Source: Vicugna vicugna (taxonomy: Eukaryota). From it: a stretch of DNA of 64,000 bases. Under the pieces are notes generated by a model. The model was not told where the DNA came from and ran no database searches. It was given only the letters and a program-made list of their open reading frames with translations. Shown here one piece after another: positions 13,521-25,834 of this stretch (position 1 is its first letter; each line of letters begins with the position of its first letter). Location: positions 10,333,720 to 10,397,719 of the forward strand of contig MU058065.1 of NCBI GenBank assembly GCA_013265495.1, given 5' to 3'. Both the position numbers and the translations under genes were made by a program.

Positions 13521-14219
13521 AAAATAAAATATTTATTACTTTTTAAAAATTGTAAGCTATTGGATCAATAGCATTATTTTATATTTAAAAAAATTAATGA
13601 GTAAATAAACACAAGCAAATATTTACCTAAATAGTATATACAACTATTATCAATTTCTGCCTATATAATTTTTGTGAAGATGTTTCTATTGCAGATATTA
13701 AGTGATGTTTTAAACTACATAGAATGTGAAATCATGGCCCCTGAAAAAAGCAACTTGATTGTTGGAATAAAATGAACATAATCTAAAAGTGGGTCCTGAA
13801 ATTGGTGAAATTTTATGGATATTTCTATAAAGTTTTCAGTATACTGGCTGGCCACTTAGAGTCAAATATGTATAGTTATCTCTTCATAGCAAGTCTTTGG
13901 TTGATTTTGTTTTCTTTAATTTCTTGTCTTTTGTAAATGTTAATCAAAGTATGTAGTACTTTATACAATAAAAAGAACATGCTTTCATAACAGGTAGTGG
14001 AATATAATTTATCTCTGTCTTCAAAGTCTTGAGTAGATTTTATAACTGAAGACAAGATGTACTGAGTTTCTCATTTGAACTAAAGTGAATCATTAACAAC
14101 CAGGACTGCACACTTCGCCCTCAGTGTCAATTAAAAGCCAGTAGACTCAACTTTAGTATAATCAACCAAATTTCTGACCATATTGTAGATGAGGAGAGTA
14201 TTGGTAAACAAAAAAAGGA

Positions 14220-14595
14220 TGAGAGGCAAAACTATGGAGACAGTAAAAATGTTAGAGATTGCCAGGTGTTAGGGAAGAGGCATGGATGAATAGGTGGAGC
14301 ATAGAGGACTTTTGCCACAGTGAAACTATTCTGTATGATATTACAGTGGCAGATCTGTGTCACATTTGTCAAAACTTACAGAATGTATAAAACAGAAATA
14401 TGGACTTCAAATGATAATAAAGTATTAATGTAGGTTCACCAGTTGTAACAAATGTTTTACTGTGGTATTGAGTGTCCATAGTGGGGGTGGTTGGCCATGT
14501 ATAGGACAGAGGTTATATGAAAATTCTCCATACTTCCCACTCTGTTATTCTTGAACCAAAAACTGATCTAAAAATAAAGTTTATTAATTGAAAAA
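14220..14595 (+). mobile_element. L1MC1-like 3' end
   Basis: ggcaaaactatggagacagtaaaaa, gatgaataggtggagcatagagga, gttgtaacaaatg, ctaaaaataaagtttatt. Confidence 0.9.
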
Positions 14596-14859
14596 CAAAG
14601 AGACATTTTTGATTTCTTGGTTTTGTGGTAATAATGTGTCTAATTAGATCCTTTCTGATCAGAGTGGGAGAATGGCAGATAAGGGGTTGATTAGTACCTA
14701 TTACAAGCAAAGGGAAGCAGAGAGCTAAGGAGAATCACTCTTGGGTACTGAGTGTCTTCAAGAATGGAAAGATGACTTATGTTATCCTGCTAGTTGATTA
14801 CTGGTGCTGCCAGAGGGGCAAACATAGTAAGAAATGTTGGGTTTGATATTTATTTTGTG

Positions 14860-15705
14860 CCTTCCCAGTTTTAATTCCCTGGTTGTTTCTTTTACTGTAT
14901 ATTTTAAAGTTATTTTCTTAATGGTTTCCCTTGGGTTTCTTAACTTGAAGTAGTCTAGTTATAATTAAAACAACAATTAATACTAAAATTTCAATAGTTT
15001 ATAAAAAAACTTTCCTCTAATAACCTTCATTCCCTACCCTTTGTGCTGTTTTTTTTGCTCTTATTTTAATACAAATTATATTTTTCTATGTAATGAATCC
15101 ATTAACATAGTTCATAATTTTTGCTTTTTTCAATCGTCATTTAAGTCAAATAGAAGAACATAACTGTTATAAAAAGTACATGTATACTTTTATATTTACT
15201 TATGTGGTTACATTTACCAGTGTTTTTTGTTTCCTCAGAAAACTTGAGGTACTATCTAGGTTCTTTTCATTTTCTCTCAAAAGACTTCCTTTGTAATTTT
15301 TCTTTATGGTGGATTTGCGAGTGACAGTCTCCATTTTTATTTATCTGGTAATGTCTTAATTTCTCCTTCATGTTTGAAGGGTATTTTTTTCTGGATATAT
15401 AATTCATGGTTGATAGTGTTTTCCTTTCAGAAGTTTGAATGTGTCATCACACTGCTTTCTGGCCTCCAAGATTTCTGATGAGAAAGCTATTAATCTTAGT
15501 AAGAATTGTTTGTACTATGATAATAGTTTTTCTATTGCTACTTTTGAAACTGTCTTTCTACCTTTGTCTTTCAATGACAATGATTATAAAGTGTATTGGT
15601 AGAGATCTCTTTGAATTTATCTTACCTGGAACTCATTGACCTTCTTAGATATGTAGATTAATTAAAAAAATCAAATTTGGGACATGTTCATTCATAGTTT
15701 CTTTC
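14860..15705 (-). mobile_element. Old L1 (L1M4/L1MC-MD type) ORF1 and inter-ORF region
   Basis: aatgtcttaatttctccttcatgtttgaagg and ctttctggcctccaagatttctgatgagaa are antisense ORF1 motifs. Confidence 0.8.
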
Positions 15706-18374
15706 TTAAATTTATGTGTGTATGTATATATATATATATGTGTGTGTATGTATATATATGTGTATGTATATGTGTATTTGACCTTCAATATTATGCTAGT
15801 TTCAGGTGTACTACATAGTGATTAGATATTTGGATACATTAGGAAATGATCACAGTATTAGGTCTGGTTATCTGTCCCTATTCCAATATTACTGACCGTA
15901 TCCCTTATGGTGTATGTTACATCCCTGGGCTTATTTATTTTGTAACTAGAGATTTGTACCTCTTAACACCCTTTACCTATTTCCCACCCCTTGGCCTCCA
16001 CCCCTCTGTCAACCACCTGTTTTTCCTCTGTATCTAGTGAGTCTATTTTTATTTTGTTTGGTTTGTTTTCTTTTACAGATTACACATATAAGTGAGATCT
16101 TGCAGTATTTGTCTTATACTGTCTTCCTTATTTCACTTAGCATAATTACCCTCTAGATCCATCAGTGTGTTGCAAATAGCAATGTTTCATATTTTTGTGA
16201 CTGAGTAATATATATTTCATTGTATCTGTCATACCACATATTCTTTATCCATTCACCTCTTGATGAACACTTAGTTTGCTTCTATATCTTGGGTATTGCA
16301 AATAATGCTGCAGTGAACATAAGGGTGCATACAACTTTTCAAATTAGTGTTTTTGTTTTCTTCAGGTAAATTACCCAGCGGTGAAATTGCTGGGTTATAT
16401 ACTACACCCACTTTGTTGAGAGTTTTTATTATAAATGGATGTTGAATTTTTTTGAAAGCTTTTTCTCCATCTATTAAGATGATCATATGATTTTTGTTCA
16501 TTTTGTTAATGTGGTGTATTATGTTGACTGATTTGCAGGTATTGTGCCATCATTGAATCCCTGGAATAAATCCCACTTGATCATGGTGTATGATCCTTTT
16601 AATGTATTGTTTACTTTGGTTTAGTAATATTTTGTTAAAGATTTTTGCATCTCTGTTCATCAGTGATATTGTCCTATAATTTTTTTTGTGGTAATTGTTT
16701 GATTTTGGTATCAGGATGATGGAGTCATAGAATGAGTTCAGAAGCATTCCCCTATATCAAATTTTTTGGGATAGTTTGAGTAGGATAGATGTTAAGTCAT
16801 CTTTAAATGTTTGCTAGAATTCCTCCATGACACTGTCTGATACTGGGCTTTTGTGTGGTTAGAATTTTTTTAAAATACTGATTCAGTTTCAGTCATTCTG
16901 TTTATATTGTCTATTTCTTCCTGAGTCAGTCTTGGAAGATTGTACATTTCTAGGAACTTATTAATTTCTTCTAGATTATCCATTTTACTGGCATATAATT
17001 GTTCATTTAACCTGTTATGATCCTTTGTATTTCTGTGGTGTTGGTTATAACTTCTTTTTCTATTTTAATTTTATTTGGGCCCTCTCTCTCTCTTTTTTTT
17101 TTTTTGTTTCTGATGAGTCTGAGTTAAGGTTTATCATTTTTATCTTTTCAGAAATCAGCTCTTAATTCCATTGATCTTTTGTTTTTTGTTTTTTGGTTTC
17201 TGTTTCATTTATTTCTGCTCTGATCTTTATTTTTTTTTCTTCTACAAATTTTAGACTTTGTATATTTTTCTTGTTCCGTTAGGTGTAAAGTTAGACTGTT
17301 ATATTTGAGATTTTTCTTGTATCTTGAGATAGGCTTGTAACACTATGAAATTTCCTCTTAGGATTGCTTTTCCCTTGTCCCAAAGATTTTTCAAGTTGTG
17401 TTTTCATTTTCTTTTGTCTCAAAGTAGTTTTTATTTTTTCTTTGATTAATCCATTGAGTCCTTGGATGTTTAGTAGCATGCTTTACAATCTTGATGTGTT
17501 ATTATTTTTTCATTTTTCTCCTTAAAAGTTGATTTCTAGTTTCATACCATTTAGTTGAAAAAGATGCTTGATATGATTTCAGTCTTCTTAAATTTACTGA
17601 GACATGTTTTTGTGGCATAACATGATCAATCCATGTGCACTTGAAAAAAATGTGTATTCTACTGTTTTTGGATGAAAAGTTATCCATACATCTATTAATT
17701 ACATTTTATATACTGTGTCATTTAAAACCAATGTTTCCTTATTGATTTTCTATTTAGATGAACTGTCCATTGATGCAAAGGAGTATTAAAGTCCCCTTGT
17801 AGTAATGTATTATTATCAGTTTCTCCAATTACTTATTCATTTATTTATTAATGTTTGTTTATTAATGTTTGCTTTTTAAAATTTAGGTGCTTCTATGTTG
17901 TGTGTATATGTATTTTCAGTTGTTATATCTTCCTATTGAGTTGACCCCTTTATCATCATGTAAAGTTCCTCTTTGACTCCTGTTACACTTTTGTTTTAAA
18001 GCCTATTTTGTCTGAGATAAGTATTGCTACCCCGGCTTTCTTTTTGTTTCTATTTGTGTGGGATATCTTTTTCCAGTCCATCACTTTCAATCTGTATGTC
18101 TTTAGATCTGAAGTGAGTCTGTGTAGGCAATATATATATATAGGCCTTGCTTTTTTTTAAAATCCATTTAGCTACTTTATGTCTTTTGATTGGAGCCTTT
18201 AGTACATTTAGAGTTAAATTGATTATTGATAGATATGTACCATTTTGTTCATTGTTATCTAGTCATTTTGGTAGGTCTTTTTTTGTTTCATTATTCTTAC
18301 TTTGCCCTGTTGTGATTTTATGACTATCTTAATTGTATGTTTAGATTTCTTTCTCTTTTTTCTGTGTGTATATC
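15706..18374 (-). mobile_element. L1 from the 3'UTR back to the inter-ORF spacer, with a large internal ORF2 deletion at ~16401
   Basis: 3'UTR tagtttcaggtgtactacatagtgatt; ORFs 16271-16501, 16550-16747 ([29 protein letters not shown]) and 17291-17479 are ORF2-like; endonuclease region at ~17900-18230. Confidence 0.92.
15715..15778. repeat. (TA)/(TG) compound microsatellite at the L1 tail
   Basis: tgtgtgtatgtatatatatatatatgtgtgtgtatgtatatatatgtgtatg. Confidence 0.85.
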
Positions 18375-18628
18375 TTTTTTAAAATTTTATTTTATTGAAG
18401 TGTGGTTGATTTATAGTGTTAGTTTCAGGTGTACAGCAAAGTCATTCAGTTTTACATATACATGCATATATATATGTGTATATATATATATACACACACA
18501 CAGATATTTTCAAATTCTTTTCTATTATAGCTTATTACAGGATGCTGAATATAGTTCCCTGTGCTATACAGTAGGTTCTTGTTGTTTATCTATTTTATAT
18601 ATAGTAGTGTGCATCCATTAAGCCCAAA
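18375..18628 (-). mobile_element. Younger cetartiodactyl-type L1 3' end (~250 bp)
   Basis: ttttattgaagtgtggttgattta, gtttcaggtgtacagcaaagt, gaatatagttccctgtgctatacagtagg. Confidence 0.9.
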
Positions 18629-18877
18629 GAAATAGTCTCACTGATAATGGAAAACATATAGTAAAGGTAGTAGATCAACCACTTAAAAAGCTAGGAGGAA
18701 GGCTAAAAGTCAAAGGTAGTAAAATCATCTGTATCCACAATAAGTAGTTCAGGAATATACAGAACAAAAAGATGTAAAAGATGATGTCAAAAACATTAAA
18801 CTTTGGTGTGGGGGAAGTAATGTTGTAGGGTGGTGAGAATGTGTCTGAACTTAAGAGAACAACTTAAAATAATCATC
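18629..18877 (+). mobile_element. Inverted L1 inter-ORF spacer segment
   Basis: ctcactgataatggaaaacatatagtaaaggtagtagatcaaccactt through aacttaaaataatcat; homologous to 3645-3880 of the + strand L1 in this window. Confidence 0.85.
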
Positions 18878-18879
18878 TT

Positions 18880-19145
18880 GTGGTTGTGATTGCTGATGGG
18901 TTCAAAGCTTCCAGGTGGCTAGGAAAAGGGAGATGGGAATAGAAGAAGCAAAATAACAAATATTAAACCAATTCAACCAGTTTTATATATAAGTGCTCCT
19001 TGGATTATTGGAAGCCTTTGATTAATACTCAGAGTTGTGTAAGAAAAAAGTTGACTTCTATAATTTACAATATTTGCCACTGTTCTCAGTGTTTTTATGG
19101 ATGAGTAATTTATGGAGGTCCTTGCTCTGCCGTTTCAGAGTGATT
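18880..19145 (-). mobile_element. 5' terminus of an old L1 (probably the same element as 14860-15705)
   Basis: aagcctttgattaat, tttgccactgttctcagtgtttttatgga, ggaggtccttgctctgccgttt resemble an antisense L1M4-type 5' end. Confidence 0.7.
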
Positions 19146-20329
19146 CTTAAGTAAGAAGGATTGGAAGAGCAAGGCTAATAGCTTCTGAAAGTGTATATAC
19201 TTGTACTAAATTGTCACTTAAAGCTGTTTGAAAATAGCATGGTTGATGGATTAGCTGATAATAGCATAGCAAGAAGAGGTTATAATTTAGTGTGTCTGAG
19301 AATAAAGAGAATAGAGAGCAACCACACCCTGGTTTTCTAAAATTATTAGATGATGCTGAAGAGGTGATCAATGGCTCCTTTGGCTCCCACTGAAGAAGAA
19401 CAAGATTTGAAGAAATATTAGAAGTAAAAAGGGACAAGAGCTTTGCGAATGGCTATTAAGCAAAGAAATATCCTGCCCAGAATGGCAGCGTTGCCTGCTT
19501 CTGTGTAAGAAGATCATCTGTAACAGAGGGGTGGAGGATGGAGTGAGCACTGCTTTGGCTGACCTGCCAAATCATCTTGAGGAGACCTCTGGATTTCACA
19601 GCTATGCAAGCTGCCACAATTGATACTAACTCTGGATTAAATCAGGTTGAGAAAGATAAAGATCCCCATTGTTTTTATTTCCTCTTCCTGTCTCTGCCTT
19701 ATAACACTGAATCGCATAATGTAAGTCTTAAAAATGATAAGATAAGAGATATCCTAGTGCCAGACATGTCCACTTTCTTGTTTACACGTACACACACACA
19801 CACACCCCCCAATACATTGACATAGTTACAGACTTCTTTGGAAGAAGAAATTTGAAGCTTTTTAAGAAATATGAGAACAGACGTTTAATATGGTGTGGTT
19901 TCAGTGTTAATAACTGAATGTCACCACAGATTTGCTCAAATATCCTTTAGAACAGAGAAGGGTGGAAGTAGTGATTAGGAGAGAAATAAAATCATTCATA
20001 TATTTGCTCCACAAAATTAAGAACTTTTTAATATAACATAGATATAAAAATAAAGAAGAAAAGCATTTTTGGAGCAAATTTTCTGCTACCAATATTCTAC
20101 TCTCAATGATGTCCTCCAGTTTATACACATGAAAATTATTTAAGCTCCATACATACTGTGTTGTATTTATGAATTTAGATATATTGCAGTGTTTCTTAAG
20201 TGTCAACCTGTAAAAGGTGTGATAACAGTTACTTATTTGAGTTTAGATCTAAAAGGACTAATAATTTTGTTTCCCTGTGAACTTGATCTTATAAAGTAAA
20301 ATAAAAAGAGTAAGTGTGACCATTTTGAA

Positions 20330-20640
20330 GCTAAAAAAAGTAAATCAGTAACTTTCATATGCAGAGTAAAATCCAATTTGAAATTGTAATGAAAACAGAA
20401 TTCTGATTATAAAAATAGCCAAAACCGTAAAATACTTTGCATAAGCATGATGTAAGAGAAAAATAATATATGAAGAAAAGAATTTAGGAAAATAGAAAGC
20501 ACACACAAAAACAGTATGTCTAGATAGCTATCCTATATTTTCTGAGGTAACACAATATGCTAAATATGTCATAATTTTCTTAATGATTTGTAAATTGAAT
20601 GGAATCACAATCAAAACCCAACATGTATTATTAGAGTTTT
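20330..20640 (+). mobile_element. Old L1 (L1ME-like) ORF2 relic
   Basis: aaatcagtaactttcatat and tgtaaattgaatggaatcacaatcaaaaccc (decayed YKFNAIPIKIP). Confidence 0.6.
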
Positions 20641-20722
20641 AATACATAAGTATTACATAAGTAATTAATTACATATGTAATTAATTGCATAATAATTACA
20701 TAATTACATAAGTAATTAATTG
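20641..20722. repeat. AT-rich tandem/palindromic repeat
   Basis: Repeated tacataagt and taattaatt units; perfect 24-bp palindrome aattaattacatatgtaattaatt at 20663-20686. Confidence 0.9.
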
Positions 20723-20930
20723 CTTTTAGTTGTAATGTTTCTTTATCTCATTAATCAGAAACAGTTTTATTCTTTCAACATGAGTGGGAGCGGCCGTTTA
20801 ATATGTAAAATGCCCCACAACGTGCTTTTTAGTCTGGTATTTTCTCATGATTGTTTTAAGATTATGCATATTTGGCAGGATTATCATAGAAGTGGTATGC
20901 TCTCTTATTCTTTGTTTTGGTGGTGGCACA
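20723..20930 (-). mobile_element. L1MC4/5-like 3'UTR fragment
   Basis: tttagttgtaatgtttcttta and ttatgcatatttggcaggattatcatagaagtg. Confidence 0.65.
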
Positions 20931-20989
20931 CTGAAACATACGACTGAAGACAGGAAGAAAAAAACACACACACACAGTAGTCGTGACCA

Positions 20990-21740
20990 CATGTGATGCA
21001 GGTATTGAAGTTAGCTAAAAAGGACTTTGAAATAACTATTGTTAATATGTTTAAACTTAAAGAAAATAAGAGTAAAATTGAAGATATGGAGAATTTCAGC
21101 AGATAACTGGAATTTTTAACATGAGGTGGAAGTTTTTGGAAAATAATAACATAGCAAATTATGAACTCAAAAGATTAAAGAAAAGATCTGACCCAGCAGA
21201 TCACAAGATGATAAAATGGGAGACAGATAAATAGAAAATATACAAACTAAGAAATACAAATAGAAAAAGGCTAAAATAAAATGCGAGCAGAAGACAAATA
21301 GTACACAGAGGAAAATTGCACCACACATATAATTAGAATCCCAGAAGTAGAGAGGTAAGAGAATGGGGCAGAAGAAATATTTGGCAATATAATTGCGAAG
21401 AATTTGCCAAAACTGGTAAAAGATATCAACTCAAAGATGTAAGAATATCTGCTAATACCAAATCAGTAAATATAAAACATACCGTAGTACAACTCTTCTT
21501 AATATTTGGTCCCAGGAACTACATCGTCAGCATCATCTGCCAGTTTGTTAGAAATACAAATCCTCAGGCTCCACTGGAGTCTTACTGAATCCAAAACTCT
21601 GGAGGTGGGGCCTAACAATCTATATGTTAATAGGCCCTTCAGGGAATATTTCAGAACTACTGCCATTCTAAAACTAATGAAAGTTAAAAAGAAAAAAAGA
21701 GAAAGCAAATCTGAACAATAGCAGAGGAAAATAAGATAAA
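20990..21740 (+). mobile_element. Old L1/HAL1 ORF1 relic, interrupted by MER5A
   Basis: aaggactttgaaataactattgttaatatgttt, ataattagaatcccagaag, gagaatggggcagaagaaatattt, gaatttgccaaaactg. Confidence 0.75.
21490..21665. mobile_element. hAT-Charlie MITE, MER5A-like
   Basis: cagcatcatctg, tgttagaaatacaaatcctcaggctcc, tactgaatccaaaactctggaggtggggcc, agaactactg. Confidence 0.85.
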
Positions 21741-23279
21741 TATAATAATGATATTATTTAACATTAATATATAGACAAATATTCCCCCCTCAAATAGCAA
21801 TTTTAACATACATTTCTACTAATTTCTAACTATTCAAGTGATTAAGCAAATTGCCACATACCTGACAAATGCATCAACATTGTAGAAAGAGTCCAGTAAG
21901 ACTTAACATTACATATATAATTTGTGTTAGCTCTAATTTTATAGGATTCTTTTTCACTTTAGAGGATAATATGTTTTGACTTTTATGTGTGGCTGCCTTT
22001 AAAACATTCTGAGAAGACTTTCTTTGATAAAAACACAAACCAAAAATGGGAGTATCTCTGGGGAGAGAATGCCATTTAAAAATACTTTCTTTAAACTTTT
22101 GTATAGGGAACTCTATCTCTGAAAATATTTGTACGGACATTGATTCTAATCTTTCTAGAGCCTATGTCATTGGATGTACTTTTGGACTTCAGCTCTCATA
22201 TGCATGAAAATTGTATGTGTTTATGCATATATCATCAGGAATTAACTGAAAACCTAATCAAGCATATTAATTGTTTCATGATAACATGAATATACATTAT
22301 TGAAATTTCTTTTTTATTGTTTACAAGTAGCAAAAATATGGCTTAGGCTAAAACCTTCTTTCAAATATGGCTTCAAAATACAAATCCATCCAAATAAGGC
22401 ATTAAAAAATCAATTTGCTGAGCAGATTTATTAGGCATTAATAATGCTCTTATTTGATACATTGTTTAAATGGAAATTTTAAACAATCTCAAGTAGTATT
22501 TGGATTGTTAACATTAAGTGAATCGTGATTACTTACTACTGCTTTTATTGCGAAAGAGAAAGAAAGCTGGCTGTGTTTTGCTTTAATCTGACCTTCATGT
22601 AAAGTATGAAGGGAAGTTTACCTTTTGCTAATTTCAGATCTTTCAAGCTGTGGTTAAGAGTTGATCATCAAAAGAAAAATTGACTTTGGAGATATTTAAT
22701 TTAGCTGAATTCAGTAACATTGTCCTTTAAAAAATAGAATATTTTGTTCCAAGAAATATTCTGAAAGTCATTAAATTTTTGAAATAGTATTTGTGTGTGT
22801 GTATGTGTTTGCTCATGTGTGTGTGGTCATGCTTGTTAAAAGGATATGGTGAAACAGAAGAATGGAAAAGTCTGATCATCAGATATACTTAATATTCTGC
22901 TCTTTGGAGTAGAGTAGCAGGACGAATCAGCTTCCCTAAATCTGATAGAAAAGGAACAAGGGTATATATTCATTAGGCAGATTATGAATAATTGTGAATT
23001 GTGTTTTTAGAGAGCATACTGTGTGAATAGCATTTTGCATTTTGATAACTGTTTGAATCAAATGTCCCTTTTAAATCACAAAGAGTAATATTTTAGAGAT
23101 TGAAGGGATGTAAATGTATTAGGCCACCTACTCCTACTTATTTCACTGAATAGAAAAATGGATTATAGGGAATGTAAGGGAATCACCATTTTTCACTAGA
23201 ATTCAGTGTGAATGTTAGGTGTTATTGTTAATATTTAATTATTATTATAATTATTGAGCAGTTATTTAAGGTAAATTTC

Positions 23280-23904
23280 AAACATGATCTCAAATTCTTT
23301 GAGTCTCCTTCCCTCAAGAGCTGGGGGTTATATGCCCTACCTTTGAATCTGAGTTGGTTTGTGAGTGTCGGGGAGGGGTCCAGCAATCTAAGTAATAATA
23401 GCTTTCCAACTGAATGCTTGAGAAACACTGTCATAATAGTTTAGCGTGAGTAGTGTAGGGTGAAGTGACACCATGTGACTTCTAAGTTTAGGTCATATAA
23501 ATCCTTATATTTTCTGCCTGATTGTCTTTGGAAAATTCCTTTGAGATTTCCCTCTTGAGACCCACCCACCATGTCATAAGATGCCCCAGAAATACACAGA
23601 CTACAGATCAATGCAGTAGGCAGTCTTTGTTGAGCCTTGCCCTTGAGTCATCCTAGCTTATGCCCTGGGCACGAGTGAGTGAAGAATGCTCTAGATGATT
23701 CCGTTTTCCAACTCTCTCAGTCATCAGCAAGTATTGTAGTCTTCCTGGTTTTGGTCCCAGATACTGTGAAGCAGAGATCAGACATCATTGCTGTGTCCAT
23801 ATCAAATTTCCGACTTATAGAAACTGTGAGCATGATAAAATAGTTTTCCTTTATACCACTTATTTTGGGGATGATTTGTTATATTGTGATAGATAGATGG
23901 AACA
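23280..23904 (+). mobile_element. MaLR solo LTR, MLT1G/H-like, with a MER5A-like piece at ~23367-23432
   Basis: caaattctttgagtctccttccctcaagag, gaagtgacaccatgtgacttc, ttttggggatgatttgttat, tagatggaaca; insert ggggtccagcaatc...ttgagaaacactg. Confidence 0.8.
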
Positions 23905-23934
23905 TTAGACAAAAAAACTATCATATTAATGGTC

Positions 23935-24045
23935 ATAATTTACATTTCTTGAGCACTTATTATGTGTCATGGCCTTGATAAAATATTTTGTCATGATCGC
24001 TGACACAGATAATGGAAAGACAAGTAAAACCTGAGTCTCAGAAGA
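23935..24045 (-). mobile_element. MIR relic
   Basis: acatttcttgagcacttattatgtg and aaacctgagtctcaga. Confidence 0.5.
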
Positions 24046-24819
24046 CTCCTAATTTTTTTTTCTTTTGAATGTGTATAGCAATCAGTCAAACTTGTGGCCA
24101 GTGAATAAAAGAGATGAATGGGAAAAATATGTATGTGGATGCTTCTAGTTTGGGGAGAAAAACTGGTGATAGAATTATAGAAATTGGTGATTTTGAAAGA
24201 GGTTGTCTAGATAGGACTAGATCAATGACATATTTTTGGCAATGAGAAATAAAAAATTTAAAACAATATTTTTTCTAAAAGGAATAGAGAAAGAGGGCCT
24301 GCCAGACCCTCACATTTATGAAGAAAAAGAAGGAGCAATAGAAAAGAGAGAAGTAAAAATTGAAGATAAAATGTGTTCAATAAAGTCAAAATATCTTTCC
24401 CAATGATTAGGTATATATAAGGAAAATATTAGAATCATTTCTATGTTTTCTAAGTTAATTTAAAATTAAGGTAGGAATCACTAAGGAACTTTTTTTTTCA
24501 ACTTTCTACTTTAAAATGACACTGAACTGGTGAAATTTACCTGAAAACATAGGATATCATTTCATGTATTGAATCTCAGTGCCAGTATCACTAATGTCAG
24601 GGACAGTGGAGCTAGAACGAGAAAAATCTCAGTTCACCAAAACCAAACCACTTGGAAATTTGTAAAACACTAAAACTGAGTCATCAGCTCATAGATGTAA
24701 TTGACATAAAAAGTTCATACATTCTTCCTCACCTAGGATGGCACAAAAACAAACAAAAAAGTTTGGTTAATAATGCTAAGAGATTGTGTAACATGCAGTT
24801 TCCATGAATGGGCTAAGGA

Positions 24820-24982
24820 ATTATGAATGCCTGGGTCATAAGCCATTCAATACTGAAGCACCATCATTTTCTTTAAAATGGGACTGATGACAGTACCTAT
24901 TTTTATAGAATTTTTTTACAATTACAAAATGAGAAAATAGGTGTGTAGCTTTCAGACTATCAGGCATGTACTTAACACAAGA
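24820..24982 (+). mobile_element. MIR relic
   Basis: taaaatgggactgatgacagtacctat matches the MIR core. Confidence 0.55.
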
Positions 24983-25034
24983 CAGGCATTACTGTTCTTT
25001 ACACTATTTGGGCAGATACAATCTATTCTACCCC

Positions 25035-25178
25035 AAGAGCTTCTTTATATGCATTTCTTCAACCTAATCCCAATAACAATTTTATTAAAAAGATATTACT
25101 TTATCCCTACTTAAATGACAAGGAAACTTAAGTACAGGAAATTTAAATATGTATCACAAAGTCAAACAGCTGGTAGTT
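25035..25178 (-). mobile_element. MIR relic
   Basis: tatccctactt, aggaaacttaagtacagg, caaagtcaaacagctggtag. Confidence 0.55.
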
Positions 25179-25449
25179 CATCACACAGTTCAAATAATTA
25201 TACTTCAGTATTCAACTAGAGTGTTTTATCTACACTTCTCATTTTGTCACACAGAATATTATAAAGATATGTATTCAGTGGTCAACATTCAATAAAATTA
25301 CTATTTTTATTGCTTTAACCAAGGACATTCTTATGTGAAACTACCCTCCCGCCCACCATGGGAGTACATAGAGGTAAAGAATATAATGCCTACTAGTACT
25401 GGGTATGATGCTTCTTCATTTAGGTAATGTACCAGCAATTTTACCCACA

Positions 25450-25786
25450 TATCTTAGTCAGCTCAGGCTGCTTTAGCAAAAGAACCAACAGAAATGTATT
25501 CATCACAGTTCTGGAGAATGGAAATGTGCAGAGTGCCAGCATATTCTAATGAGAGTCCTCTTTCAGTTTGCAGACAATTGACTTCTCTTTGTATTTTCAC
25601 ATGGTGGAAAGAGGAAAATAGATCTCTATGAGGTCTTTTTTATGAAATTAGTGGTGTTAATCCCATTCATGAGGGCTCTACTCTTATGAATTAATTTCCT
25701 CCCTATGACCCCACCTCCTGATACCATCACACTGGGAGTTAGGATTTCAACATGTGAATTTTAGAGGGACACATTCTATCCATACA
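25450..25786 (-). mobile_element. MaLR solo LTR, MLT1A0-like
   Basis: tatcttagtcagctcaggctgct, cacagttctggag, aatcccattcatgagggctc, ccccacctcctgataccatcacactgggagttaggatttcaacatgtgaa. Confidence 0.9.
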
Positions 25787-25834
25787 CCCATCATTACTTT
25801 TTCACTATCACTATGAATGTCAACCTAGTGGAAA

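Noticed and set aside
20641..20722. CRISPR-like or other spaced repeat array
   Set aside because: Only low-complexity AT units without unique spacers, in mammalian DNA. No repeat-spacer array was seen anywhere in the window.
22610..22720. Possible exon after ccttttgctaatttcag
   Set aside because: Acceptor-like, but there is no convincing donor or open frame, and such motifs are common in AT-rich DNA.
669..25786. The two same-strand MLT1A0 LTRs as ends of one provirus
   Set aside because: They are ~24.5 kb apart, visibly diverged from each other, and have no MaLR internal sequence between them.
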